Below are positions 21,919 through 32,800 of a stretch of 64,000 nt of DNA, piece after piece. How positions within the stretch are numbered: the stretch's first letter is position 1; the number at the start of each line of letters is the position of its first letter. Source of the stretch: Leptolyngbyaceae cyanobacterium. GTDB taxonomy: Bacteria; Cyanobacteriota; Cyanobacteriia; Phormidesmidales; Phormidesmidaceae. The position numbers and the translations under genes are program-made. A model generated the notes under the pieces. The model ran no database searches and was not told the DNA's origin. It worked only from the letters and a program-made list of their open reading frames with translations. The DNA lies in contig JBHJHA010000019.1 of the NCBI GenBank assembly GCA_050331235.1, forward strand, positions 1 to 64,000, written 5' to 3'.

Positions 21919-24057
21919 ATGGCCCAAGCGGTAGATGCCTCCCCGGCAGTTGATCTTGAGGACCCTCATTACTACTTCAATCGCGAATTGAGCTGGCTCG
22001 AGTTCAACGATCGCGTGCTCCATGAAGCCTTTGACTCCCGCACACCATTTTTAGAGCGGCTCAAGTTTACCGCGATCTTCAGCTCCAACTTAGATGAGTT
22101 CTTTATGGTCCGGGTTTCTGGCCTGATGGACCAAGTCAACGCTGGTATCGGTGCAACCACTTCGGACGGTCTCAGCCCCACTGAGGTGATGAACGCGATT
22201 CGCGAGCATCTGCGGCCAAAGCTGAAGCAACAGCACGACTTTTTTCAAACCGAGCTGCGCCCCCAGTTAAAAGAGCATGGCGTCTATTTATTAGATTATG
22301 ACCAACTCAATAGTGAACAGCAGACGTATCTAAAAGTCTATTTTGAGAGTCAAATCTTTCCGGTGTTGACGCCGCTCAGTGTAGATCCAGCGCATCCCTT
22401 TCCGCGGCTTTCTAACCTGAGCTTAAACCTGGCGGTAGCTGTTACCAACCCGGAAACTAAAGTGCAAAAATTTGCACGGATTAAAGTTCCCAACAATCTG
22501 CCCCGGTTTATCGGTTTGCCGGCGGAGCTAGTCGATGACGAGAGCATTTGGGTCGGCACTACTTTAGAGGAAATCATTTCGCATAATCTCAACTTCCTGT
22601 TTCCAGGGATGGAAGTCTCAGGGCATTACCTATTTAGAATTACCCGCGATGCGGATTTTCCTGTCCGGGAAGATGAGGCGGACGACTTGCTCGTTGCAAT
22701 GGAGGAGGAGATCAGTAAGCGGCGGCTAGAAGGCTTTGTGTGTCGGCTGGAAATCGAGGAGTCAATGCCAACGGACCTCCGAGAAGGGCTGATGCAAGAA
22801 CTCAAGGTGGCTGAAGAGGACTTTTACGAGCTGAAAGGCGTCCTCAATTTGGCCGATCTCTTCTTCTTTATGTCCATGCCGCTGCCTGAGCTCAAAGACA
22901 AACCCTGGTCATCATTGACACCCCCTCGGCTCAAATCGGTTGAGCGGGTCGAAGAGAGCATTTTTAGTGCTATCCGCAAACAAGATATCTTGCTGCACCA
23001 TCCCTATGAGTCTTTTGCGGCATCGGTGCAGACTTTTGTTGAGCAGGCTGCAAAAGACGAAAACGTGCTCACCATTAAGATGACCCTGTACCGGACGTCC
23101 GGTGATTCGCCAATTGTTCACTCTTTAATTAAAGCGGCTGAAAACGGCAAGCAGGTCGTTGCCTTAGTCGAAATCAAAGCGCGCTTTGATGAGCAAAACA
23201 ACATTATCTGGGCCCGTAAGTTAGAAGATGCGGGCGTGCATGTGGTCTATGGGGTGGTTGGGCTCAAGACTCACACCAAAACAACGCTGATTGTGCGTCA
23301 AGAAGGCGATCGCATTCGTCGGTATGTGCATATCGGTACGGGCAATTACAATCCTAAAACTTCGAAGCTTTACACCGATTTGGGGTTGCTGAGCTGCCGT
23401 GATGATCTAGGGCCGGATTTGACGGATCTCTTTAACTTTTTGACTGGCTACTCACGGCAGAGTGACTACCGCCGTCTGCTAGTCGCCCCCCTCACCTTGC
23501 GGAAACGGATGGTGGAGCTGATTGAGCGCGAAATTGAACATGCCAAAGCTGGCAAACGCGCTCGCATCATTGCCAAGATGAATGCACTGGTTGATGATGG
23601 CATGATCAAGATGCTCTATAAGGCGTCTCAGGCTGGGGTAGACATCGACCTGATCGTGCGCGGTATTTGCTGTCTGCGGCCTGGCGTACCAGAGGTTAGC
23701 GATCGCATCCGCGTCGTCAGCATTATCGGTCGCTTTTTAGAACATGCCCGCATCTATTACTTTGCCAATGATGGTGCCGAAGAGATCTACATCGGCAGTG
23801 CCGATTGGATGCCCCGCAACCTGGATCGCCGCGTCGAAGCGGTCACGCCAGTGGACGATGCCGATGCTCGCCAAGAGCTCAAAGACATCATGGACATCAT
23901 GCTGACAGACAATCGTCAAGCCTGGGAACTTGATGCTGAGGGCGTTTATACCCAGCGGACGCCGGGCGAAGATGGCGATATTCGCAGCACCCACGGTTGC
24001 CTCATGGAGCGGGCGCTAAAACGCGATCAGGGCGGCACGATCGATAGTATCTCGTAG
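21919..24057 (+). CDS. ppk1: Polyphosphate kinase 1
   Basis: FNRELSWLEFN, SSNLDEFFMVR, LLHHPYESF, KTHTK, GRFLEHARI, GSADWMPRNLDRRVE. Confidence 0.97.
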   Translation: MAQAVDASPAVDLEDPHYYFNRELSWLEFNDRVLHEAFDSRTPFLERLKFTAIFSSNLDEFFMVRVSGLMDQVNAGIGATTSDGLSPTEVMNAIREHLRPKLKQQHDFFQTELRPQLKEHGVYLLDYDQLNSEQQTYLKVYFESQIFPVLTPLSVDPAHPFPRLSNLSLNLAVAVTNPETKVQKFARIKVPNNLPRFIGLPAELVDDESIWVGTTLEEIISHNLNFLFPGMEVSGHYLFRITRDADFPVREDEADDLLVAMEEEISKRRLEGFVCRLEIEESMPTDLREGLMQELKVAEEDFYELKGVLNLADLFFFMSMPLPELKDKPWSSLTPPRLKSVERVEESIFSAIRKQDILLHHPYESFAASVQTFVEQAAKDENVLTIKMTLYRTSGDSPIVHSLIKAAENGKQVVALVEIKARFDEQNNIIWARKLEDAGVHVVYGVVGLKTHTKTTLIVRQEGDRIRRYVHIGTGNYNPKTSKLYTDLGLLSCRDDLGPDLTDLFNFLTGYSRQSDYRRLLVAPLTLRKRMVELIEREIEHAKAGKRARIIAKMNALVDDGMIKMLYKASQAGVDIDLIVRGICCLRPGVPEVSDRIRVVSIIGRFLEHARIYYFANDGAEEIYIGSADWMPRNLDRRVEAVTPVDDADARQELKDIMDIMLTDNRQAWELDAEGVYTQRTPGEDGDIRSTHGCLMERALKRDQGGTIDSIS

Positions 24058-24175
24058 CCCAGTCAATCTTGCTCCGGGGGAGCCATCACAGCAACGATGC
24101 ACCCGCCTGCTCACCCACGTTTTCGTCATCTGAGGGTGCCCCCGCCACCCCAACCACTGTGACGAGCCTTAGGCT

Positions 24176-26137
24176 CTATGTCGGTTGACCCATCGCCAAA
24201 CAGGCTCGAATCATCGCTGCCGCCTCAGCCAAATCAGCCTCAAGGGTAGCCTGAAAATCTGGATGGTCTTGGGCTCGGTTGACTCGCCACAGGGCAAGCG
24301 CCACTTGTTGTGCTGCCAAAAATAGCTTGAGATGGGGCAACTGCGCCGGTGGAAACGGCCGGACCTGTCTATACCCCTGTAGCAAACTCGCTAGACAGTT
24401 AGAGTAGTGAGGCTCATCAGCAAAATCGTTGAGCAACCGCGCCAAGTCATAGCCCCAGTAGCCCCAACCACAGTCGGCAAAATCAATGACGCCAATGTCG
24501 TCAGCCTGCACCAGCAGATTTCCCAGCCAAAAGTCACCGTGGATTAGGCCAAATTGTTCGGCGTCTTCGCCCAGGGAGTTCATCACTGCTTTTACCTCGG
24601 TGCTGACGGTTGTAAACAATTGACGATAGGGTGCTGGCGTCAAAGACCACACGCGATCGCCTTGGTTGCTATAGCCAGCATGGGCACCAAACAGCCCATC
24701 CCAATCCCAGCGAGGGCGGTCAAAGCCAGCCGGTGGTTGCCAATGGGCTCCGTGGCGATGCAGCCGGCCGAGGGTGCGACCAACGGCGGTCAGGAGGTGG
24801 GGAGATCGTCGCTCTGCTCTGGGCAAATCGAGTAGTGATCGTCCTGCCACCCACCCAGTGAGTGAGCACCCCCGGGGTGCAGCCATCCCTAGTATTTGCC
24901 CCGTTGAATCAAAGGCTTGATCGCGTGTTGGCAAGGGTTCTGGCACACGTAGCGGACTGTGATGGAACAGCTCATGCAGCCACTGCAGTTCTGAACGGAT
25001 CGCCGGCAGCGAGAGGTAGTCAGCCCGATGAATGCGCAAAATGCAGCGATCGCGGTTCACCTCTAGGGTGCGATCGCGGTCCGCGGGCAATAAGCTGCGT
25101 TGACCTTGCACAGCAAAGACGGTGTTGTCACCGTGGGCAATGAGCTCTATCGTCGCTTGATGAAACCCATAGGTCGGCAGCACCGTTGCAGCCAGTTGGG
25201 TTAATTGTTGAGTTTGCTCAGATGCGGTCAAGTCACAGAAGGCGGTGTCAGCCCACCGCCGCCGCTGCCAATGATGCCGTGCCGGCTGTGATCGCCACTG
25301 CTCTTGCTGTCGCACAAACAATCCTTTGAGCGCTGCGGGGACCCGCTCATAGGTCGCCGGAGACATCGTCATCCGCGACTGCTGCTCATAGTTGACCGCC
25401 TCTTGAAACCATGACCGATAGTAGGTGATGTACAAAAGCGGTCGCACCCGGTTAGAAACGTTGGGGGTGCCGCCGTGCAACAGTTGATAATCCATCAGGT
25501 AACAGGAACCCTTAGCAACATAGGGCACTGCCGAGTCCGGCAGGGGTAGTGCCTGGTCGCCAGCCACCCGATGACTCCCCTTCCACACGCGGGTAGAGCC
25601 CGTTTCGGGGGTCAGATCAACCAGTGGCACTGCCAAAGTAATGGCAAAACTCGGCGGCGGCTGGGACAAATCAGGGGTTTCAAAGAGGGGCGGGTGATCG
25701 CGATGCACATGTTGGCTTGCTGCCCCCGGCAAGGCTACTACCACCCCAAAGCTACCCAACACAAAATCTGGCCCGAGCAGCCCCCGCATCAAAGCCAGCC
25801 CTAGCGGATTGCCATAAATTAGCGGGTGGTCAAACGGCGGCTGCAAATCGACCGTCAGCATGCGCCGTTTATCCCCAACCTTTAGCACGTGGTCGTAGTC
25901 TCGATCTTGCAAATAGGGTTGGTATTGAGCTAGTAAGGCAGCCTGCAGGTCGTCAATTAGGACCGGCGGGAGCAAGTTTCTAATGACCAGCACTCCCTGA
26001 TCTTGAAACAGTTGCTGAGCCGCCGCAATCAACTCACCATTCATCAACTCTGACACCGGTAAATCGGTCGGTAGTTCAACCGCCGGCGGCTGATTGGACT
26101 GGGTATTTTTATAAATCCGCACCGAAAACGTTGACAT
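24176..26137 (-). CDS. Fusion of PhyH-family Fe(II)/2OG dioxygenase and APH/homoserine-kinase-II-like phosphotransferase
   Basis: N-half QHVHRDHP (HxD), GSTRVWKGSH, LLHGGTPN..RP; C-half LRIHR, HGDFWLGNLL, IDFADCG. Confidence 0.85.
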   Translation of the reverse strand: MSTFSVRIYKNTQSNQPPAVELPTDLPVSELMNGELIAAAQQLFQDQGVLVIRNLLPPVLIDDLQAALLAQYQPYLQDRDYDHVLKVGDKRRMLTVDLQPPFDHPLIYGNPLGLALMRGLLGPDFVLGSFGVVVALPGAASQHVHRDHPPLFETPDLSQPPPSFAITLAVPLVDLTPETGSTRVWKGSHRVAGDQALPLPDSAVPYVAKGSCYLMDYQLLHGGTPNVSNRVRPLLYITYYRSWFQEAVNYEQQSRMTMSPATYERVPAALKGLFVRQQEQWRSQPARHHWQRRRWADTAFCDLTASEQTQQLTQLAATVLPTYGFHQATIELIAHGDNTVFAVQGQRSLLPADRDRTLEVNRDRCILRIHRADYLSLPAIRSELQWLHELFHHSPLRVPEPLPTRDQAFDSTGQILGMAAPRGCSLTGWVAGRSLLDLPRAERRSPHLLTAVGRTLGRLHRHGAHWQPPAGFDRPRWDWDGLFGAHAGYSNQGDRVWSLTPAPYRQLFTTVSTEVKAVMNSLGEDAEQFGLIHGDFWLGNLLVQADDIGVIDFADCGWGYWGYDLARLLNDFADEPHYSNCLASLLQGYRQVRPFPPAQLPHLKLFLAAQQVALALWRVNRAQDHPDFQATLEADLAEAAAMIRACLAMGQPT

Positions 26138-26183
26138 AGCGCCTATGTTTACGACAATCTGCCCTCAGCTGCCTGCACCTGTC

Positions 26184-27599
26184 CTAACGCTGACTGACCC
26201 CATAGGGCGTACCAATGCTGTCAATCTCACCCAGACTAGCCATCGCCTGATGGATTAGGCTACAGGTTTCAGCGCGAGAGATGACGTCGTCAAGGTTTAA
26301 GGTATCAACATTGGGATAGTTCACCAGCACCCCCTGTTCCACTAAAGCGGCAACCAAACTGCGGTATTCGACGGGAATCGTCGCGGCGTCAGTAAAGCGG
26401 CTGAGCAGGTCATCAATGCTGGCGCCGCTGGTGACCTCGGTATAGCTGAGCCCCTGGGCGATCGCGACCAGCACATCTAGCTTGGTTAGCGATCGCTCAG
26501 GGTCAACGCCATTCCCAATGCCGTCGATAAAGCCCATCGCATAGGCCTGCTGCAAATCACCGTAAGCCCAATAATACTGAGACACATTGCGAATGGCGAC
26601 GACCTCCCGCACCGTCGGGACCTGGAATGCGCGGCTGACGATGGCGGCAAAATGGGCCTCTGTCAGGGCCAAATCGGGAAGAAATTCACCATTCGGAAAG
26701 CCTTGAACCACATCGATAGCCACCAGCCGATAAATGTAAGCACTCGCCCAATAGGTTGTGCTGACATCCGTGAAAGTTGTGATGGTTTCACTATCAAAAA
26801 TTTGCACGAGGGTTTCGCAGTTAGTCTCAGTCAGGTCGCCCCCATTCGCCGTCGTTCCTTGGATCAGCACTTCCCCCTGCTTGCAACGCTTAGATCTCTT
26901 GGCTTTTTTGCCAATACGACACTTACCGCCTTTCTTTTGAGACACAACAATGTAGGCTTGGTCGTCATCATCGACCGTACCAGTCACCACCGAGTAAGTG
27001 TTAGTCTGGGTAATGGTCTGCTCACGCCGATATTCAAAGGTCAGCGCACTTGCCTGCACGTTGGTCACGATGAGACTGCCCGCCGTGGCTCCGATCGCCG
27101 TAGCCTCAGCAGCACCGGTGGCATATTCAATCACCTGTAGGGCGGTCTCACCCGCAACAAACGCCGCTTCATCCTCAAAGATCTGAATCAGGGTTTCAGA
27201 CCGTGTCTCATTGACAATGGTAAATTCCGTTCCAGATACTGTAGTGCCCTGGAAGTAAACCTCACAGGCTTTGCCCCGTTTGGCTTTTTTCGCTCGTTTC
27301 GCCTTTTTGGCTTTCTTGGCTTTTTTGTTTTGCTTGGTTTCGCTATCGGCGATCAGCCCATCACTAACCAGGCTCTCTTCATCGGCGAGGTACTCAAAGG
27401 TCAACGCTTGCGGGCTCGAGGGTGGGTTGACCGTTGTCTCTAGTTGGCTTGACTGGTCGCCGGCATCAGCGGGGTCTGCCAAGTCGCTTACCTCTAGGCC
27501 AGCAATCTGTGCCATGACGCTGACGGGGCTACTGACGGCAAACCCTGCACAGAGAACAAGGCAGCGCCAAACCTTAAATCGTGAAGACTTATTAGCCAT
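26184..27599 (-). CDS. Exported S-layer homology (SLH) domain protein with two repeated N-terminal domains carrying Lys-rich inserts
   Basis: Signal-like N-terminus; SLH motifs FTDVSTTYWASAYI..GFPNGEFLP, VSQYYWAY, FTDAATIP..VNYPN..ISRAE; ALTFEY repeated 120 aa apart. Confidence 0.85.
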   Translation of the reverse strand: MANKSSRFKVWRCLVLCAGFAVSSPVSVMAQIAGLEVSDLADPADAGDQSSQLETTVNPPSSPQALTFEYLADEESLVSDGLIADSETKQNKKAKKAKKAKRAKKAKRGKACEVYFQGTTVSGTEFTIVNETRSETLIQIFEDEAAFVAGETALQVIEYATGAAEATAIGATAGSLIVTNVQASALTFEYRREQTITQTNTYSVVTGTVDDDDQAYIVVSQKKGGKCRIGKKAKRSKRCKQGEVLIQGTTANGGDLTETNCETLVQIFDSETITTFTDVSTTYWASAYIYRLVAIDVVQGFPNGEFLPDLALTEAHFAAIVSRAFQVPTVREVVAIRNVSQYYWAYGDLQQAYAMGFIDGIGNGVDPERSLTKLDVLVAIAQGLSYTEVTSGASIDDLLSRFTDAATIPVEYRSLVAALVEQGVLVNYPNVDTLNLDDVISRAETCSLIHQAMASLGEIDSIGTPYGVSQR

Positions 27600-28117
27600 A
27601 AACTCTTAAACCGTAAGATGGTGTCCGAAAAACCCTGAACTGAGGCCAGTCGCTTAAGTCATAATCAACACATCGTCAACTGCAATGGCGATCGCGTCGG
27701 GTAGTCTAACTTGGCAACAATTTTTACTTTTTTTAACCGCTTCTGTCGCCTCAGACGTTGCGATCGTCCATTAAGTTTCGGCCATCTTCGGCAAAATCCT
27801 AGGAAAAACGCCAGTTTACTCTAGGGAATCAATTTCAGCCGGATCACGTCTGCTTAACCCAGGGTAAAGAAATATCTGGAGCTGTAACCGACAGCCGTCA
27901 TGACAGCTAACGTGGCCAATCGTACTTTTTGATCACAGCGACTACTGATATCAGCCAGGGCAATCATGGGGCAGAGATCGCGTCACCTGAGGCTCGTCTC
28001 ATTACCATATGGCCGAGGTCAGACGGCTCTGGCAGCATCTGCTCAGGCTGAGGGCTACCACCGCAGCGACAACATGGCTCAATTGCTCACCCATTATTCG
28101 GAATCATTCAGACCACG

Positions 28118-29644
28118 ATGCAAACTTGGACCCACGGCTACGTTTCAGATATCAGCTATGACTACAGCTTTTTTCCTGAGCTGTCACCGACCAGCATGGC
28201 GTTCAATCTGCTAAATAGCCGCTATGTTCCCCCTTCCCTTGAGCAATTTACCTATTGCGAACTGGGCTGTGGCCAAGGCTTTACCACCAATATTTTGGCG
28301 GCTACTCACCCCCAGGGTGAGTTTTGGGGCATCGACTTTAACCCGACCCACACGGCTGAAGCCCAGCGGTTAGCCCAGGCGGCCCAACTTTCTAACATGC
28401 AGTTTTTCGATCACAGTTTTGCCGAGTTTCTGGCGGCTGACACTCCCCCCTTTGACTTCATTACACTGCATGGGGTGTATTCGTGGATTGACGATAAAAA
28501 TCGCCACCATATCGTCAACTTACTCCAGCAAAAGCTCAAGGTAGGGGGAGCCGTTTACATCAGCTACAACGCTTTGCCTGGGTGGGCAGCGCTGATGCCC
28601 CTGCAAATGCTGATGCAACAATCTTCTAGTCAAAGCGGCGACTCTAGCCTCCACAAAATAGAAGCGGGCATGGCCTTTGCCCAACAGTTGCAGGGTGTAA
28701 AAGCGCGATATTTTTTAGACAATCCCAGCGTCAAGGCGGATCTTGAGGCCATGACCGATGACTCGCGTCACTATTTGGCCCATGAGTATCTCAATCAAAA
28801 TTGGCAACCGTTTTACCATTCGGAGGTGGTGCAACAGTTGGCTGAGGCAAAGCTCACGTATGCAACATCTGGAGACATCGACGATCAGTTTTACGACTTC
28901 AAACTGACTGAGGCGCAGTTGAGTCTGCTAGCAGAGATTCCTGATCTGGTCCGACGCGAAACGATTCGTGATTTTCTGTTTAACACGCGGTTTCGGCGCG
29001 ATTTGTTTGTCAAGGGTGCCGTGCGGCTAGGGGCTCTGGAGCAGGTCGAGCAGTTGAGTCAGGTTTACTTTGCGCTCATTATCAACCCTGAGGAGATGGC
29101 ATATGAAGTCGACTTGGTCGGTCGCTCAATCAAGCTTGAGCAAGCCATTTATGAGCCCATCGTGGCAGCCTTTGCCACCCAACCGCGGTCGCTACGCGAG
29201 CTGATGCGTCATCCGGACCTCAAGCAGCTAGACTTTGTCACCATTTGCCAAGCTCTCAAGATTTTGATCTCAACTTACCAAGTCACCCCTGCCTTACCGC
29301 CCGCCGAGGCGGCCCGTCGCCGCACCGCCACCACGGCACTCAACCAGGCGATCTTAAGGCGATCGCGCTTTGGGGCAGATACACAGGTGTTGGCCTCTCC
29401 TGTGACGGCAAGCGGCATTGATGTCTCGCGATCGGAGCAGCTTTTTTTATTGGCCCACCTCAGGCAGGCTGACCCTGTGGCATTTGTCTGGAGCCTTTTG
29501 CAAGTCCAAGGCGAAAAGCTCATTAAGGATGGTGAGGTGCTGGCTACCGCCGCCGCTAATCAAGCAGAACTAGCGGCTCAAGCCCAGCAGTTTCAGCAGC
29601 AACGCTTACCCCTGTTTCAACAGCTTGGCATTCTGGAGTCGTGA
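28118..29644 (+). CDS. Class I SAM methyltransferase with methyltransferase regulatory domain
   Basis: YCELGCGQG, GIDFNP, FDFITLHGVYSW, YISYNALPGW, YLAHEYLN, FRRDLFVKG. Confidence 0.88.
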   Translation: MQTWTHGYVSDISYDYSFFPELSPTSMAFNLLNSRYVPPSLEQFTYCELGCGQGFTTNILAATHPQGEFWGIDFNPTHTAEAQRLAQAAQLSNMQFFDHSFAEFLAADTPPFDFITLHGVYSWIDDKNRHHIVNLLQQKLKVGGAVYISYNALPGWAALMPLQMLMQQSSSQSGDSSLHKIEAGMAFAQQLQGVKARYFLDNPSVKADLEAMTDDSRHYLAHEYLNQNWQPFYHSEVVQQLAEAKLTYATSGDIDDQFYDFKLTEAQLSLLAEIPDLVRRETIRDFLFNTRFRRDLFVKGAVRLGALEQVEQLSQVYFALIINPEEMAYEVDLVGRSIKLEQAIYEPIVAAFATQPRSLRELMRHPDLKQLDFVTICQALKILISTYQVTPALPPAEAARRRTATTALNQAILRRSRFGADTQVLASPVTASGIDVSRSEQLFLLAHLRQADPVAFVWSLLQVQGEKLIKDGEVLATAAANQAELAAQAQQFQQQRLPLFQQLGILES

Positions 29645-29869
29645 GCCCAGCCCGGCATTGCGATCGCTGGCAGATTAGCTGGCGGGTAGGGCTCACCTAG
29701 CTCTAGAGTTCTGCTGTGCACAGCTGGGCTGCCGCTACCGCGATCCTGGCTGACCAGTCAGGGGGCGCAGTCAATCTAACGATGACCTGCATCACTATTA
29801 CAATCGTGTAAAAATAGGGATCAGCGTTATTTTTGCTGATATCCAAATTTACGGTTGACTCACGCAGCT

Positions 29870-32800
29870 ATGACCCACGCCTTTTTAAAACACCTGCACC
29901 GCCCCGACCGCCCCGTAGTTGTGTTTGATGGCGCTATGGGCACCAATCTGCAAGTGCAAAACTTAACCGCTGACGACTTTGGCGGCCCTGAGTATGAAGG
30001 CTGTAATGAATATCTAGTCATCACCAAGCCGGAAGCGGTCGCTAAAGTACATCGCAGCTTTCTGGCGGCGGGGGCCGACGTCATCGAGACCGATACCTTT
30101 GGGGGGACCTCCATCGTCCTGGCGGAATATGACTTAGGCGATCGCGCTTACGAACTCAACAAGACTGCGGCAGAGCTCGCCAAACAAGCCGCCCTCGAAT
30201 TTTCCACCCCTGACAAACCCCGATTTGTTGCCGGTTCGATGGGGCCAGGCACCAAGCTGCCCACCCTGGGTCACATTGATTTCGACACGCTCAAGGCGGC
30301 CTATGTAGAGCAGGCACAGGGACTCATCGATGGGGGCGTTGATCTACTGCTAGTAGAAACCTGCCAAGATGTCCTGCAGATCAAAGCTGCCCTCAACGGC
30401 ATTCTCGAGGTCTTTGACGAGCGGCAAATCCATTTACCGCTCATGGTTTCGGTCACGATGGAGCAACAGGGCACCATGCTGGTGGGCACAGAAATGGCCG
30501 CCGCCCTCGCCATTTTGGAACCCTACCCGATCGATATTTTGGGGCTGAACTGCGCCACAGGTCCCGACCTGATGAAAGATCACGTTAAGCATCTGGCCGA
30601 GCAGTCTCCCTTTGCCATTTCCTGCATCCCTAACGCCGGTCTACCGGAGAATGTTGGCGGGCACGCGGTATATCATCTCTCTCCGATGGAACTCCGCATG
30701 GCGTTGATGCATTTTGTCGAGGATCTTGGCGTACAGGTCATTGGCGGCTGCTGCGGTACCCGACCGGAGCATATTGCCCAACTGGCAGAACTCTCTCAAG
30801 ATCTGCATCCCAAGATGCGGTCCGTGCGGGGAGCACAGACCGCCCAGGGGGGAGCCGTGTCAGCGCCACCGCCCGACTCCGATCCGCGTCCGGCCCTCAA
30901 CTATGTGCCCGCGTCGGCCTCTATCTACAGCCCGCAACCCTACGACCAAGACAACTCCTTCTTGATTGTGGGTGAGCGCCTCAATGCCAGCGGTTCTAAA
31001 AAATGCCGCACTATGCTCAACGACGAAGACTGGGATGGCCTTGTGGCGCTAGCGCGATCGCAGGTTAAAGAGGGGGCCCACGTGCTCGACGTGAACGTAG
31101 ACTATGTGGGCCGCGATGGCGAGCGGGATATGCACGAACTGGTGTCGCGCCTAGTGACCAACGTCACCCTGCCACTGATGCTCGACTCTACCGAGTGGCA
31201 AAAAATGGAAGCGGGCCTCAAGGTCGCGGGCGGTAAATGCATTCTTAATTCGACCAACTACGAAGACGGCGACGAGCGTTTCTTTAAGGTACTGGAGCTA
31301 GCGAAAAAATACGGCGCGGGCATTGTGGTTGGCACCATTGATGAAGAGGGCATGGCGCGGACCGCCGACAAGAAGTTTCAGATTGCCCAGCGGGCTTACC
31401 GCGATGCTCTGGAATTCGGCATTCCCGCCCGGGAGCTGTTCTTTGATACCCTGGCGCTGCCCATCTCCACTGGTATTGAGGAAGATCGCGTCAATGGCAA
31501 AGAAACCATTGACGCGATCCGACTAATTCGAGAAAACCTGCCCGGGGCTCACATCATGCTCGGCGTCTCGAACGTCTCCTTTGGTCTGAATCCAGCCGCG
31601 CGGGTGACGCTCAACTCCGTATTCCTACACGAATCGATGCAGGCCGGTTTGGATGGGGCGATCGTCAGTGCGGCCAAGATCTTACCGCTGGCCAAGATTA
31701 ATCCCGATCATCAAAAAGTCTGTCGCGATCTCATTTACGATCGCCGCGAGTATGACGCGGACGGCATCGTTACTTACGATCCCTTGACACAGCTGACAAC
31801 GCTGTTTGAGGGCAAGAGCCTGAAAAAGAAGGAAGCGATCGCCAAAGACCTGCCCATCGAAGAACGACTGCAGCAGCACATCATTGATGGAGAACGAATT
31901 GGCCTAGAAGACGCCTTGGCCGACGCCCTCAACCGCTATCCACCCCTGGAAGTCATCAATACCTTTTTGCTGGACGGCATGAAGGTCGTCGGTGAACTGT
32001 TTGGCTCCGGACAAATGCAGTTGCCCTTCGTTCTGCAATCTGCCCAAACGATGAAAGCCGCCGTCGCCTACCTCGAGCCCTACATGGAAAAGTCTGACAG
32101 CGACGGCTCAGGCAAAGGCACGTTTATCATCGCCACCGTCAAAGGAGACGTTCACGATATCGGCAAAAACCTGGTGGACATCATTTTGTCCAACAACGGC
32201 TATAAAGTTGTCAATTTGGGCATCAAACAGCCAGTGGAAAATATCATCCAAGCCTATCGCGAGCACAATGCCGACTGCATCGCCATGAGCGGGCTGCTGG
32301 TCAAATCCACTGCCTTCATGAAGGACAATTTAGAAACTTTTAACACTGAAGGCATCACCGTGCCCGTGATTCTCGGCGGCGCGGCGCTGACGCCTAAGTT
32401 TGTCAACGACGACTGCCAAAAAACCTATAAGGGTCGCGTCGTGTATGGCAAAGATGCCTTTGCTGATCTGCACTTTATGGATAAGCTCATGCCGGCCAAG
32501 GCGGGCGACAACTGGGACGATTTCCAAGGCTTTTTGAACGAAGTGGACGAGGCTGAGTTCACCCCACCGGAGGAGGAAACCAGCCCGACAGCCGCGGTGG
32601 GCCCTGAGACTTCAGAGACTGCTGCGATCGCTCCCACCATTGTTGATACCGAGCGATCGCAGGCCGTTGCGATCGCAATTGCTCGACCAACACCGCCGTT
32701 CTGGGGCACCCGCATCCTCAATCCTGAGGACATTCCGCTAGAGGCAGTATTTAGCTATCTAGATTTGCAGGCCCTCTTTGTCGGCCAGTGGCAGTTTCGC

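Noticed and set aside
29645..29869. Possible cobalamin or SAM riboswitch upstream of metH
   Set aside because: No B12-box or SAM-I core recognised; only a GTGAGCCC/GGGCTCAC hairpin at the end of the upstream gene
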